Both the position numbers and the translations under genes were made by a program. Below the pieces are notes generated by a model. The model saw only the letters and a program-made list of their open reading frames with translations. It made no database searches and was not told the origin of the DNA. From a virus (Duplodnaviria > Caudoviricetes), in the IMG/VR virus record IMGVR_UViG_3300025767_000015, positions 1-61,065 of that record: a DNA stretch of 61,065 nucleotides; one strand, written 5' to 3'. Of the stretch, positions 8,205-18,683 are shown one piece after another; the stretch's first letter is position 1; each line of letters starts with the position of its first letter.

Positions 8205-9211
8205 TTTTAGATGAACTTTCAACAACTATTGGAGAAGCCCTTGAAGCTTCTTACAAATACATAAAAGACAGAAGAGACGGAGAAGCTCCTTCATTACTAA
8301 CACCATTTACATTACTTAATGATAAAGGAGTTGAAGGTATCCAGTGGCAAAGTCATGTAGTTATTGGTGCAAGATCTGGAGTAGGTAAAACACTTATCAA
8401 AGATCAAATACTAAATGCTGCATTTAATTTAAATCCATATGATAACATTCGTGTATTAGATTTTAGTTTTGAGATGACTACTGAGTCTACAGGTTATAGA
8501 AGTATTCAAGCTCATCTGAAACAAGATAAGAGCATGCTTCTTAGTACTAACGGTAACAAAGTAGATAAGCAAACCTGTAAGAGAATAGAACTTGTCATAG
8601 AAAAAATGAATAAGATTCCTTGGAGCTTAATAGCAAAGCCATGTACTCTTGAACAAATAGAAGGAGTCGTTGATGACTGCTTTAAAAAGTTTGATAAAAA
8701 AGGAGATCTTAAAGTTATAATCTCTATAGATCATAGCTTACTAATTAAGAAAAGTAAGAATAGAAACTCTCATCAGACTATAGCTGCATACGGGGATCTT
8801 ATGACAGAGCTAAAGAAAAAGTATAACGTAATTATATTTACTCTTTCTCAGCTTAATAGAAACATTGAAGAAGGTAATCGTAAGATACCAGGTAGAGCAG
8901 AAAACTATCCTAACACTTCAGATATTTCTACAGCTGATGCATTATTGCACCACGCTGATTTCTTAATGATTCTTAACAGGCCTAGTGATTTTAACTTAAG
9001 ACTTTACGGTCCTGATAAAATTATAATACCTGAAAACAAAAACTATGTGGCGTGCCACGTACTTAAGAACAGGTCTGGAGAACAGTTTATAATACACATG
9101 AATGCTAACTATGAAAACTATGAATTTATTGAAATGACAGAAGAACCAGAAAAAGCTGAAGACAAAATGAAAGATCAAACATCAAAATTTAAAAATTCAT
9201 TTGTGCAATGA
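8201..9211 (+). CDS. dnaB: DnaB-like replicative helicase
   Basis: GARSGVGKT, FSFEM, ISIDH, LSQLNR, HAD and KNRSG motifs. Confidence 0.9.
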   Translation: MILDELSTTIGEALEASYKYIKDRRDGEAPSLLTPFTLLNDKGVEGIQWQSHVVIGARSGVGKTLIKDQILNAAFNLNPYDNIRVLDFSFEMTTESTGYRSIQAHLKQDKSMLLSTNGNKVDKQTCKRIELVIEKMNKIPWSLIAKPCTLEQIEGVVDDCFKKFDKKGDLKVIISIDHSLLIKKSKNRNSHQTIAAYGDLMTELKKKYNVIIFTLSQLNRNIEEGNRKIPGRAENYPNTSDISTADALLHHADFLMILNRPSDFNLRLYGPDKIIIPENKNYVACHVLKNRSGEQFIIHMNANYENYEFIEMTEEPEKAEDKMKDQTSKFKNSFVQ

Positions 9212-9846
9212 CAACAGAAGAAAGAAAAATTAAAAAGGCAGAGCTGTATAAAATGTACAGTGATTACTTTACTGCCAAGAACATTAACCCATATTTCATT
9301 ACTAAGACTATTCGTAAAGAAGGTAATGGGGAACAGTATACTGCAGCTTCATTTTTTGAAAATGAGTTTAGTGTAACTGAAAAGTATGGTGAAGTTTACG
9401 TTGTAAATGTAAACTGGAGAGACATGAGTCCTTCAAAGTCTGATGATTTTAGCCTATACAAGTGGACATACAATCCTTACTGGAATGATCCTTCAGAAGG
9501 CTATGAAAAGATTGTAATAAATAGTAATGGTAATACATTTACTAAGTATGCTATTCCTATTGAAGAGTTTACAGTTGTAGGTAAAGGTGCTGAGTTTTGG
9601 AAAAGCTTTAGCCCTAAGACAGAACCAGAGCTACCTTTATTTGATATGAGTTCTATATCAGGTGTTAAACCTAAGCATGAACCTATTGAAGCTTCAGCAG
9701 CTTTTTCAGAAGCAATTGAAGATGAAGGTATGGATACATTAGTTAATAAGCTTACTGCTAAAGATCTATATGCTTTAGTTCATAGAAAGCCTATTAGCAG
9801 TATCCCAGGAATAAATGAATTTATTAATCGTGAAAACAATATCTAA
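9208..9846 (+). CDS. hypothetical protein
   Basis: 212 aa, coupled at both ends. Confidence 0.7.
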   Translation: MTTEERKIKKAELYKMYSDYFTAKNINPYFITKTIRKEGNGEQYTAASFFENEFSVTEKYGEVYVVNVNWRDMSPSKSDDFSLYKWTYNPYWNDPSEGYEKIVINSNGNTFTKYAIPIEEFTVVGKGAEFWKSFSPKTEPELPLFDMSSISGVKPKHEPIEASAAFSEAIEDEGMDTLVNKLTAKDLYALVHRKPISSIPGINEFINRENNI

Positions 9847-10526
9847 TGGCACAAGCAGTATTAGTAATTGGGGAATCAGGTAGTGGTAAATCTACAGCTA
9901 TCAAAACCCTAGACCCAGAGGAAACATTTATCTACAATGTAGCTAATAAACCTCTACCTTTTAGAGGATGGAAAAAACGGTATCAGTATGAAGGTGAAAC
10001 CATGAACATGAGTAAACAAAATACTCCGTTAGGTTTGACTCAAAGTGTTACACAGTTATTGGAAGCAAAGCCTAACATTAAGAATATCATCATAGATGAC
10101 TTTCAGTATTTAATGGCTTTTGAATACATGAACCAAGCTGATGTTAAAGGTTATGACAAGTTTGTAAAGCTTGCCAAACAAATCTATGACATCATTAAGT
10201 TTACTGTAACTGAATTACCTGATGATATCTTTGTAGTATTTCTATCTCATGCTGAAGAGTCTGTAGACTTAGATGGGCGTAGAAAAATTAAAGCTAAAAC
10301 TATTGGTAAAATGATTGACAATGCTCTTACATTAGAGGGTTTGTTTTCTACAGTCTTGTTTTCTAAAGTTAAGCGCACTAAAGAAGGTGTTGAACATATA
10401 TTTGAAACCACTAACAATGGTGAAAATACATGTAAATCTCCTGACGGTATGTTTGATAAAGAAATACCTAATGACTTGCAGTATGTTAAAGAGTGTATCG
10501 TTAGATACGAAAATGAAGAAGAATAA
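9846..10526 (+). CDS. AAA_24/Sak4-like P-loop ATPase (recombination)
   Basis: GESGSGKS Walker A, IIIDD Walker B, KTIGKMID and CKSPDGMF. Confidence 0.85.
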   Translation: MAQAVLVIGESGSGKSTAIKTLDPEETFIYNVANKPLPFRGWKKRYQYEGETMNMSKQNTPLGLTQSVTQLLEAKPNIKNIIIDDFQYLMAFEYMNQADVKGYDKFVKLAKQIYDIIKFTVTELPDDIFVVFLSHAEESVDLDGRRKIKAKTIGKMIDNALTLEGLFSTVLFSKVKRTKEGVEHIFETTNNGENTCKSPDGMFDKEIPNDLQYVKECIVRYENEEE

Positions 10527-10548
10527 TAATTAGTAAAATCAAAAGAAA

Positions 10549-11250
10549 ATGTTAAGTACAAAAGGAATCACAACAGGTGGTAGTGGTAAGACTAGCCCAT
10601 TAATTAAGCCAGGAACTCACAAAGTAATGATCTATGATCTTTATTCAGAAACTCCTCCTTATGTTGATCAAAATAATCCAGATAGATTAAATGTAAATGT
10701 TCGTATTGAAACAGAACCAATTGAAGGTTTACAAGGTTGGGAAAGAAATAGAGATGAGCCTAGTGCAGGCATAGCTGAAGGACAAATTGGTATTGTATCA
10801 TTGAACCCTTACGGTTATTCTACCCGCACTTTACCAGATGGTACTAAAATAGACCGTGATGTTTCTATCTTACGCATTCTTAAAGCTTTAGCTAAGGCTA
10901 AAAATGTTGAAGATGAGTTAGATGCTATTGAAGCAAATACTATTGAAGAATTTGTATCTATGGCTAAGCATGTTATATGTGATAAAGAATACATCCACAT
11001 GGTTGTAGGTGCTAAGAAGTCAGCTTCTAATGGTTATTACAAGTATTATTTAGATTTAGCTCAACCTAAAAGCAGAACTGGTAAAGCTTTCAGTACTAAC
11101 CCTGATGAATTGTTTGCATATTCAGAAGAGAAAGATGTTTATATCACTCAGAAAGCTAAAGAATTAGCAGCTGAGAAAGCAGAAGGTTCTGAAACAGTAA
11201 ATGCTTTTGGTAGTAATAGTACTCCTAAAGGAAATGGATTTACTCTATAA
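10549..11250 (+). CDS. hypothetical protein, probable SSB partner of the ATPase
   Basis: LIKPGTHKV N-terminus, flexible tail ending GFTL, located directly after the Sak4-like ATPase. Confidence 0.55.
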   Translation: MLSTKGITTGGSGKTSPLIKPGTHKVMIYDLYSETPPYVDQNNPDRLNVNVRIETEPIEGLQGWERNRDEPSAGIAEGQIGIVSLNPYGYSTRTLPDGTKIDRDVSILRILKALAKAKNVEDELDAIEANTIEEFVSMAKHVICDKEYIHMVVGAKKSASNGYYKYYLDLAQPKSRTGKAFSTNPDELFAYSEEKDVYITQKAKELAAEKAEGSETVNAFGSNSTPKGNGFTL

Positions 11251-11277
11251 GATTTAGTAGTTCATAAAGCAAAGAAG

Positions 11278-11306
11278 AGAGGGGGCAATTAGCTCCCTCT
11301 TTTTTT
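11278..11306 (+). terminator. intrinsic terminator
   Basis: AGAGGGGGC-AATTA-GCTCCCTCT followed by a T-run. Confidence 0.8.
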
Positions 11307-11341
11307 ATCTAATAATTTTTTATAAGTTTACTGATGCTACT

Positions 11342-12328
11342 ATGATATCTACTAAGAACCTTATTGATGACATCCGTGAAATACCTTCACGCTGGATATT
11401 TGAATACTACTGGAACTTACCTCAGCCTTTAAATGGGCAGAGAGTTCAGGTGCCATCAATGTTTAATCCTACAGAAAGAACACCTTCAATGTATTTTTAT
11501 TTTGTAGAAGCACGTAATGATTATCGTTACAAATGTTTCTCTACAAATAATCAAGGAGATGGTGTAAATCTTCTATCTGCTACTAGGAATATAAGCAGTG
11601 GTCAAGCAATACAATTAATACTTACTGATTATAATAAGTATGTTTCCAAGCATGGACATAGTAAAATTAACAGAGAGTATTCTGATCACACCAGTTTTGA
11701 AGTATCTGATATTATTACAAGAGATTGGAATAAATTAGATCAAGACTATTGGACGTTCTATGGTATAAGTAGTGATACATTACACCAATTCAACGTTAAG
11801 CCTTTAGAATCTATTACAATGATAACTGAGACTAACTCAGGTAAAAGATATTCTACTATAAGCCACTCTAACATGTATGGATATTTTACAGCTGATGATG
11901 AATTGTATAAAATTTATCAGCCGCATAATAAAAAATACAAGTTTATGAAGTTGCAAGACTATCTTCAAGGAGTTAATCAACTTACATATGAGAAACCATA
12001 TTTAGTTATATGTTCTTCATTAAAAGATTGTATGTGTTTATCTGAGCTAGGTTACAGTAATATTGAAACTATTGCTCCAGACAGTGAAAATACCATGATT
12101 AAACCCATGTATATAGACACTTTTAAAAGCAGATACAAAGGCATAGTAACATTATTTGATAGTGATAAAGCAGGTAAAGAATCTTCATTGAAATATCTTA
12201 ATGAATATGGTATACCTACAGCGTTATTACCTATAATGAAAGATCTATCAGACGCAGTTGCTGTTAAAGGTATGGACCTTGTAAGAGAAACACTTACACC
12301 CATACTTAGAAAAGCACTATCTTTGTAA
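11342..12328 (+). CDS. dnaG: DNA primase (DnaG/TOPRIM, crAss type)
   Basis: ERTPS..YKCFS..GD N-terminal domain; ICSSLKD, APDSE, FDSDKAG and KDLSD TOPRIM motifs. Confidence 0.8.
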   Translation: MISTKNLIDDIREIPSRWIFEYYWNLPQPLNGQRVQVPSMFNPTERTPSMYFYFVEARNDYRYKCFSTNNQGDGVNLLSATRNISSGQAIQLILTDYNKYVSKHGHSKINREYSDHTSFEVSDIITRDWNKLDQDYWTFYGISSDTLHQFNVKPLESITMITETNSGKRYSTISHSNMYGYFTADDELYKIYQPHNKKYKFMKLQDYLQGVNQLTYEKPYLVICSSLKDCMCLSELGYSNIETIAPDSENTMIKPMYIDTFKSRYKGIVTLFDSDKAGKESSLKYLNEYGIPTALLPIMKDLSDAVAVKGMDLVRETLTPILRKALSL

Positions 12329-12329
12329 A

Positions 12330-12698
12330 ATGAAAGAGTTTTTTATTCCTTACAATTGCCCCTCATCAAAGAACAGTCGTCAATGGACTGGTAAATATTT
12401 TGTTGTAAGCAAAGGTGTACAGAAATGGAAAGCACTTACAAAACCTGTTTGGCAGAAATATAAAGAAGACTTCTTAAAAGCTATTGAAGGTAAAGACCTC
12501 CCTCTTAAAATAGAGATGGAATTTATTAGAGGTAGTAGACATAAGTTTGATTATATAAATCCTGCACAAACTATTCAAGATGAAATGGTGCATCACGGTT
12601 GGTTAGAAGATGACAACTGCACTATTATGATTCCTTATTTCAGGCCTTACAGCTATGATAAGGAAAACCCTGGAGTATACATTCGTATACTAGACTAA
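12330..12698 (+). CDS. RusA-like Holliday junction resolvase
   Basis: PSSKN..KFDYIN..IQD..GWLEDDN..ENPGVYI. Confidence 0.75.
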   Translation: MKEFFIPYNCPSSKNSRQWTGKYFVVSKGVQKWKALTKPVWQKYKEDFLKAIEGKDLPLKIEMEFIRGSRHKFDYINPAQTIQDEMVHHGWLEDDNCTIMIPYFRPYSYDKENPGVYIRILD

Positions 12699-12714
12699 TT
12701 TTAATTTACATACT

Positions 12715-13869
12715 ATGGCAGACATGAAAATGCTGTCACGGGTAAGTAAGGATTTGTTATTTGATGAGCCCTACTATGGGCATTTTATGTCAAGTCTTAA
12801 CAGATCCTTTAACCGTGACGTACCTACAGCTGGTGTTGCTAAAGATGGTATTGGAGTAAAACTTGTAGTTAATCCTGATTTCTTTGAAAGTCTTAGTGAC
12901 TTACATAGAAAAGGTTTAATTAAACATGAGCTACTTCATATTGCCTTTGGACACTTAATTATGCGTGATTCTTACGCAGACAAAGAGCTATTTAATATAG
13001 CTGCAGATCTAGAAATCAATCAGTATATACATCCTAACTGGCTACCAGAAGGAGGTATTACTATGGATTCTTTTCCTAATCTAAGTCTTCCTCTTAAAGC
13101 TGGTACTAAAAAGTACTATGAGCTTTTACAAGAAGAAAGAGATAAAGGAGATAATGGAGATCAAGATTTACAAGACATGCTTTCACAAGGAGGTCCTGGT
13201 AATCATGATTGGCAAGACTTTGAAAATCTTGGTGAAGCTGAACAGAAGCTTATACAAAAACAAGTTGATCATCAATTAGTTACAATTGCAGATGAACTTG
13301 AAAAACATAGTGGAAGTGTTCCAGGTGAACTATCAGGTCTTATTCAAAGACTAAAGTATGTAGAGCCTGCAAAGTTTGACTGGAAAGGTTATCTAAGGAG
13401 ATTTGTTGGAGCGTCTATTAAATCTTATACAAGAATACTAAGACGTAAGCCTAGTAAAAGATATCCTGATAATCCAGGTCTTAAAATTAAATATAGAAAC
13501 AGTGTGTTAGTAGCTATTGATACATCTGGTTCTGTAAGTGATAATGAAGTTAAGGAGTTCCTTAATGAAATACATCACATTAGTAAGACCGGTAGTCATG
13601 TAGACATCATTCAATGTGATACACAAATTCAAAGTGTAGAAGCTTTTAATCCTAAGAAAGATTTTAAAGTACATGGAAGAGGTGGTACATCTTTTCAACC
13701 AGTAATTGATTACTATAATAAGAATAGTAGACTCTATACTACTCTTATTTATTTAACAGATGGTGAGGCAAGACCTCCAGATAATTGTCCTAAAAGAACA
13801 TTGTGGTGTCACTCATCACTTTCAAGAATTAATCCTGACCTACCCGGTTACAAAATTAAATTAAACTAA
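12715..13869 (+). CDS. metallopeptidase (HExxH) plus VWA domain protein (DUF2201-like)
   Basis: VPTAGV, KHELLH, NIAADLEIN; MIDAS motif DTSGS, GRGGT, LTDG. Confidence 0.88.
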   Translation: MADMKMLSRVSKDLLFDEPYYGHFMSSLNRSFNRDVPTAGVAKDGIGVKLVVNPDFFESLSDLHRKGLIKHELLHIAFGHLIMRDSYADKELFNIAADLEINQYIHPNWLPEGGITMDSFPNLSLPLKAGTKKYYELLQEERDKGDNGDQDLQDMLSQGGPGNHDWQDFENLGEAEQKLIQKQVDHQLVTIADELEKHSGSVPGELSGLIQRLKYVEPAKFDWKGYLRRFVGASIKSYTRILRRKPSKRYPDNPGLKIKYRNSVLVAIDTSGSVSDNEVKEFLNEIHHISKTGSHVDIIQCDTQIQSVEAFNPKKDFKVHGRGGTSFQPVIDYYNKNSRLYTTLIYLTDGEARPPDNCPKRTLWCHSSLSRINPDLPGYKIKLN

Positions 13870-13876
13870 AATTACT

Positions 13877-15133
13877 ATGGCACAAGTAAATTTAAATTCA
13901 AATGAACTCAAAGAGTTTGCACAACACATTATTACATCTAACAGACAACTACAGTCAGAAGGTAAAAAGCCTGTAGCTGTAGAAGTTGTTGGTGAATCAG
14001 GTATTGGTAAGACTACCAGTATCTATCAAATTGCAGAACAACACAACTTAGATCTAGTAAAACTTAATCTTGCACAGATTGAGGAGCTAGGTGACTTGGT
14101 AGGTTTCTCTACTAAGGAGTACTACATGGCTAAAGAAGTTGCAGTAAAGAAAGGTGAAACATTAAACTTTTCATCTATTAATGCAGCTGACGCTATTAGT
14201 AATGCTTCATCTGGAGCATCTAAGAAAGTGGGTCAATGGGTTGATGCTGAAGCTGTTAAGATATTTCTTAATAACGGATGGTCAATGACTAAGAAAAAGC
14301 GTACTGCTTACTTACCACCAGAGTGGATTGCTGGTAAGAAAAATGGTGGTATTCTTTTACTTGATGACTGGAACCGTGCAGACCCTAGATTTATTCAGGC
14401 TGTTATGGAATTAGTTGACAGACAGACTTATATCTCTTGGTCATTGCCACAAGACTGGCATATCATTCTTACATCTAATCCAGATGATGGTAACTACATG
14501 GTTAACTCTATTGATGCAGCACAGAAGACTCGTTTCATCTCTGTAAACTTAGAGTTTAATGTGGATACATGGGCTGAATGGGCTGAAGAAGCAGGTGTAG
14601 ATTCTCGTTGTATTAACTTCATGCTACGTTATCCAGAAATGGTAACAGCAGAGTGTAATGCAAGATCTATTACAACTTTCTTTAATGCTATTTCAAGCTT
14701 TGATGACTTTTCTAAACATCTACCTATGGTTCAGATGATTGGTGAAGGCTCTGTAGGAGAAGACTTTTCTACTACATTTACTACGTTTATACACAATAAC
14801 TTAGATAAGCTAATTCATCCTAAAGAGATGTTAACTGCTGAAGAAAAGACTATGAAGTCTAAACTATCTAGCTCTGTTAAAGACAGTGATGGAGAGTTAT
14901 CTGCAGCAATTACATCTATTCTATCAACACGTCTTGCTAACTACACATTGCTTTATTCAAAGAGTAATACTGTAGACAAGAATCTTATTGATAGACTTAC
15001 AATGCTTTTGACTTCTGATTACTTTACTATAGATAACAAGTACATGATTGCACGTACTATTATTAATGGTAACCGTACTAAGTTCCAAAAGCTGGTAATG
15101 AATCCAGCAATTTCTAAAATGATAACTGAATAA
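13877..15133 (+). CDS. MoxR-like AAA+ ATPase
   Basis: GESGIGKT, LLLDDWNRA, TSNP and DAAQKTRF motifs; adjacent to the VWA gene. Confidence 0.88.
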   Translation: MAQVNLNSNELKEFAQHIITSNRQLQSEGKKPVAVEVVGESGIGKTTSIYQIAEQHNLDLVKLNLAQIEELGDLVGFSTKEYYMAKEVAVKKGETLNFSSINAADAISNASSGASKKVGQWVDAEAVKIFLNNGWSMTKKKRTAYLPPEWIAGKKNGGILLLDDWNRADPRFIQAVMELVDRQTYISWSLPQDWHIILTSNPDDGNYMVNSIDAAQKTRFISVNLEFNVDTWAEWAEEAGVDSRCINFMLRYPEMVTAECNARSITTFFNAISSFDDFSKHLPMVQMIGEGSVGEDFSTTFTTFIHNNLDKLIHPKEMLTAEEKTMKSKLSSSVKDSDGELSAAITSILSTRLANYTLLYSKSNTVDKNLIDRLTMLLTSDYFTIDNKYMIARTIINGNRTKFQKLVMNPAISKMITE

Positions 15134-16161
15134 TGAAAACAATTCAAGACTTAACTACTGAGGGGTTGGCTATTGCCAGCCCCAACGTCTTCAGACATTA
15201 CACAGTAACAGGTGGTGCTTTAGATGTATCTGAAAGAAGAGCTAGATATGGCGTAGGACCTATTGCTCAAAAGAAATCAGATATTAAATCTAAGCCTTTT
15301 ACTTATAATGCAAAAGACAGATACTTTATTGTAGGTGGTACTAAAACACCATACAGTAATATCAAAGCTTATATTCAAATGGCAAAGGGTAGAATAACAA
15401 AAGATGCTGATAAAGCTGATCATTTTGTTATAGACAACACTGTGTTTGATACTGCAGTATACTTTGAAAATTGTATTGAAACTAATACACTGAATACAAA
15501 TGAAACTGTATTAGTAAGTTCTGATAATAAGTATCCAAATTGGAATTCAGTTTTTAAACTGTTAGTGGCAAACAAAAAGGTATCTGAGTATGATGATTGG
15601 AATTATGTAAGCAAAAGAGTTTATGATTATAAGGCCTTAGTAGCTTTAGCAGTTATTAAAAACTACTCTAACAAAATAGTTACACCTTATGATTTAGGAA
15701 TTGCAACCGGTTCTATTACAGATCTTACTGATGATAACATAAAAGCTGTAATTAGAATGATTGCTTCTGGTAATCTAGAAGATACTTCTTTAGCAAATCA
15801 TATGATTAGTACGTTTGATTACAAAGCTTCAGAGCTTATGGCTTGGAAATTTTGTAGAGAACTTAATGTAGGTGGTAGAGTCTGGTATCTCAATAAGAGA
15901 ATGAAGTCTATCAGAGAATTCATTGATGAGGTATATAATAAGTATTCTCATCTTGACGTTACAGAGTTCTTTGAACGCTGTAGAAGAAGAGAATCTTTGA
16001 CACCTGAAGTGTTTGCATATTTACATAAAGATCTTCAAAGCAGAGTCCGTGTTTTACATAACCCAGACATTTGGTTTGTAAAATTTGAAATGAAAGACGA
16101 GTATAAAAATCTTTTAAAGGAAAATAGAAATGAGAAAAGTAAGACTAATATCGGGCAGTAA
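15133..16161 (+). CDS. hypothetical protein (BRCT-like segment; paralog of the next gene)
   Basis: GRITKDADKADHFVI motif shared with the next ORF. Confidence 0.7.
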   Translation: MKTIQDLTTEGLAIASPNVFRHYTVTGGALDVSERRARYGVGPIAQKKSDIKSKPFTYNAKDRYFIVGGTKTPYSNIKAYIQMAKGRITKDADKADHFVIDNTVFDTAVYFENCIETNTLNTNETVLVSSDNKYPNWNSVFKLLVANKKVSEYDDWNYVSKRVYDYKALVALAVIKNYSNKIVTPYDLGIATGSITDLTDDNIKAVIRMIASGNLEDTSLANHMISTFDYKASELMAWKFCRELNVGGRVWYLNKRMKSIREFIDEVYNKYSHLDVTEFFERCRRRESLTPEVFAYLHKDLQSRVRVLHNPDIWFVKFEMKDEYKNLLKENRNEKSKTNIGQ

Positions 16162-17227
16162 AGGCTCTTATGCATATGTTGTAAGTTCTGTTCCAAAAGA
16201 GGCTAGTGATTCTTTTTTAGAAAAGATTGATTCTTATAGAACTGTTTTAAAAAAGTCAGATAGTATTTACGTGTATCCTAAATCTTTAATTACTAGAGAT
16301 TTAATTAATGAAGTAAAAATTAAATACGATGCAACTAAAACTAGAAATATTGATAAAGCAGATAAGATTGTACTAAGTACGCCTTATATAAAAAGCTTAT
16401 TTAACTATCCAAGTAATGGTAGAGGAATTGGTAAAGTATTAAACAGAAAGGATATTCTAAGAGCAATTGATCTTATATTAGAAAACTGGGAAATACGCAC
16501 AGCTAACAACTATTATGGATACGCTAGAGAAAAAGTTCTTTCAGCTCAAATGCTTATTAAAGCTTACAGCTCTATACAAGATGAGAGTATAATTTTTGAT
16601 GGAGATAATTATAGTTTAGTAAATAGTATAATTTACACTTTAGATAGAGATAGTAATGATGAAGAAACTGAATTATACAATTCACTAATTGCAGACTCTT
16701 ATTCTGCTTATGTTACTGCTTCTGATTATAAAATTCTTTCAGGATTATTTAAAAAGCGTAACAAGGTTTTTACTGAAAATCAATTTCACAACTTGATAAG
16801 TAAAGATAATTGTATAGATTTTGAAACATATCAAAAGATATCAGTTATGCTGAAAGGTGGTGATCCTGATAAAGAACTTGCATTAACCTTAATGAGTAAT
16901 TATAACTGGAGCAAGAATTTAGATTTGTTAGGTGTACTGTGGTTAAATAATGAAGAAGCTATTCGTAGTACTAAAGCTTATGTAAGCTCAGCTTTTAAAG
17001 TTGTTAAAAATCAGCTGCGTGATTTAGAAACATATTCTTATGCATCACTAATTCAAAATCTGTGTAAAAAGAGTTTACTCACGCCAATAGGACTTGAAGA
17101 AGTTCTTAGAAGTCATGTAGAAAACCTTAACAAAATATACATGGTTACACAAGGAGGTGCTTTCACACTTACTACAGATAATATAAAACTAACACCAGAA
17201 TTAAATGAAATCAGATCTAAGTTATAG
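16130..17227 (+). CDS. hypothetical protein (BRCT-like segment; paralog of the previous gene)
   Basis: ATKTRNIDKADKIVL motif shared with the previous ORF. Confidence 0.7.
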   Translation: MRKVRLISGSKGSYAYVVSSVPKEASDSFLEKIDSYRTVLKKSDSIYVYPKSLITRDLINEVKIKYDATKTRNIDKADKIVLSTPYIKSLFNYPSNGRGIGKVLNRKDILRAIDLILENWEIRTANNYYGYAREKVLSAQMLIKAYSSIQDESIIFDGDNYSLVNSIIYTLDRDSNDEETELYNSLIADSYSAYVTASDYKILSGLFKKRNKVFTENQFHNLISKDNCIDFETYQKISVMLKGGDPDKELALTLMSNYNWSKNLDLLGVLWLNNEEAIRSTKAYVSSAFKVVKNQLRDLETYSYASLIQNLCKKSLLTPIGLEEVLRSHVENLNKIYMVTQGGAFTLTTDNIKLTPELNEIRSKL

Positions 17228-18140
17228 TTCAATTAACAAAATGCTATTCAGTCCTAAACTCTTTTACTCTCATTATATACTTAATGAAAGAGAAGAGAAG
17301 ATTGAATCATACCTTATTGAAGGTAAACTTGTACACTGTTTTATCCTGCAACCTGAAGAGTTTGATAACTTGTTTACTGTAGCTCCTGGGAAGGTTCCTA
17401 CAGCAAGCATTCTTAAAATCTTACACGCAGTACATAATCAAGTTTTAAATAGCTCTAAAGACCTTAATGATCATCATGATCTAATTCTTAAAGAGCTAAT
17501 CAACCAGAATCTTTACCAATCTTTTAAAGAAGATAGTAAGCGTCTTGATAAAATCTGTACCCCAGATGCTCAGGAATACTTTACATTCTTATTTAATCGT
17601 GCTGGTAAAGATCTTGTTGATTTTGAAACTGTAGAAAAATGTAAAGCATACGCTCAGGTAATGAGAGACTACGCCAATATAGCAGAACACTTAGAATTAA
17701 CTAAGTCAGATGCTTATAAAGTGTACAATGAGATTCCTTTAGAGTTTAAAAACTTCAAAGGAAACTTTAGCATGAAGGGTATTATAGACAGATTAGTCAT
17801 TGATGAATTTGGAAATGCTCAAATTATAGATGTAAAGACTACAGGTAAAACTGTAACTACATTTAATGAGAGCATAGACTTTTACAATTATTGGCTGCAG
17901 GCTGGAGTTTATTCTATCTTAGTAAACCGTATTTATAAAATACCGTTTGATAAAATATCTTACAGCTTCTGGGTAATAGATAAGTATGAGCAGGTTTATA
18001 ATTTTGGAGTATCAGACGAAACACTTACAAGTTGGATATCAAAAGCAGAAGAAGCCTTTGATAAAGTTACTTGGCACATAGAAAACGTTAGATATGACTT
18101 ACCTTATGAGCTTGCAAATTCTGAAAGACTTATGTTATGA
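17205..18140 (+). CDS. PD-(D/E)xK exonuclease (RecB/exoVIII-like)
   Basis: LSYSS, GKLVH, E..KGIIDRL..IIDVKTT..LQAGVY. Confidence 0.85.
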   Translation: MKSDLSYSSINKMLFSPKLFYSHYILNEREEKIESYLIEGKLVHCFILQPEEFDNLFTVAPGKVPTASILKILHAVHNQVLNSSKDLNDHHDLILKELINQNLYQSFKEDSKRLDKICTPDAQEYFTFLFNRAGKDLVDFETVEKCKAYAQVMRDYANIAEHLELTKSDAYKVYNEIPLEFKNFKGNFSMKGIIDRLVIDEFGNAQIIDVKTTGKTVTTFNESIDFYNYWLQAGVYSILVNRIYKIPFDKISYSFWVIDKYEQVYNFGVSDETLTSWISKAEEAFDKVTWHIENVRYDLPYELANSERLML

Positions 18141-18673
18141 TAAATAAAGTATCGTCCAAGTACATACAAAAGAGTAGTTTATTTCTTTATCCTCAATTAA
18201 AGCTTTCAGCTACAACTAGATATAAGCCATTGCAAACCTATACAGGTTTAAATAATGACATACATCCAGCAAGTAGTGCTTTGATACTGCAGTATAAAAA
18301 ATATAATTCTAAATCTTTTGTAAAATTTGAAGTAAAGGAACTGCTTAGCAATCAATACTTTATGGATAGGTTTGAAAGCAATGATCATTACGTTTATGTA
18401 TTTAATTTAAGTCATCTTAAGTCTAGCTATAATCATTTTTTAGCTGGTAAGTATTCTAAATTTTCTGAAGATGCTAAAAAACCTATACTGGATTATTACT
18501 CTGATGGTGACTTAATGACTGCTTATATTGAAAGCTATCTTTATCCAGAACTTTATTACGATGAGTATTCTAAAATGCTAAATGTATCTGAAAATGATCT
18601 TGAAAAAGTAATAGAACTTTGTGATAAACCTGATCTTAAAAAAGAAACACTAACTTTACAACTTAACAATTAA
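18137..18673 (+). CDS. hypothetical protein
   Basis: 178 aa with FLYP..F..GKYSKFS pattern; ATGA-coupled. Confidence 0.7.
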   Translation: MINKVSSKYIQKSSLFLYPQLKLSATTRYKPLQTYTGLNNDIHPASSALILQYKKYNSKSFVKFEVKELLSNQYFMDRFESNDHYVYVFNLSHLKSSYNHFLAGKYSKFSEDAKKPILDYYSDGDLMTAYIESYLYPELYYDEYSKMLNVSENDLEKVIELCDKPDLKKETLTLQLNN

Positions 18674-18683
18674 AATTAAAAAA

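Noticed and set aside
17205-18140. Cas4/CRISPR-associated nuclease
   Set aside because: No Fe-S cysteine cluster, other cas genes or array; fits an ordinary phage PD-(D/E)xK exonuclease.
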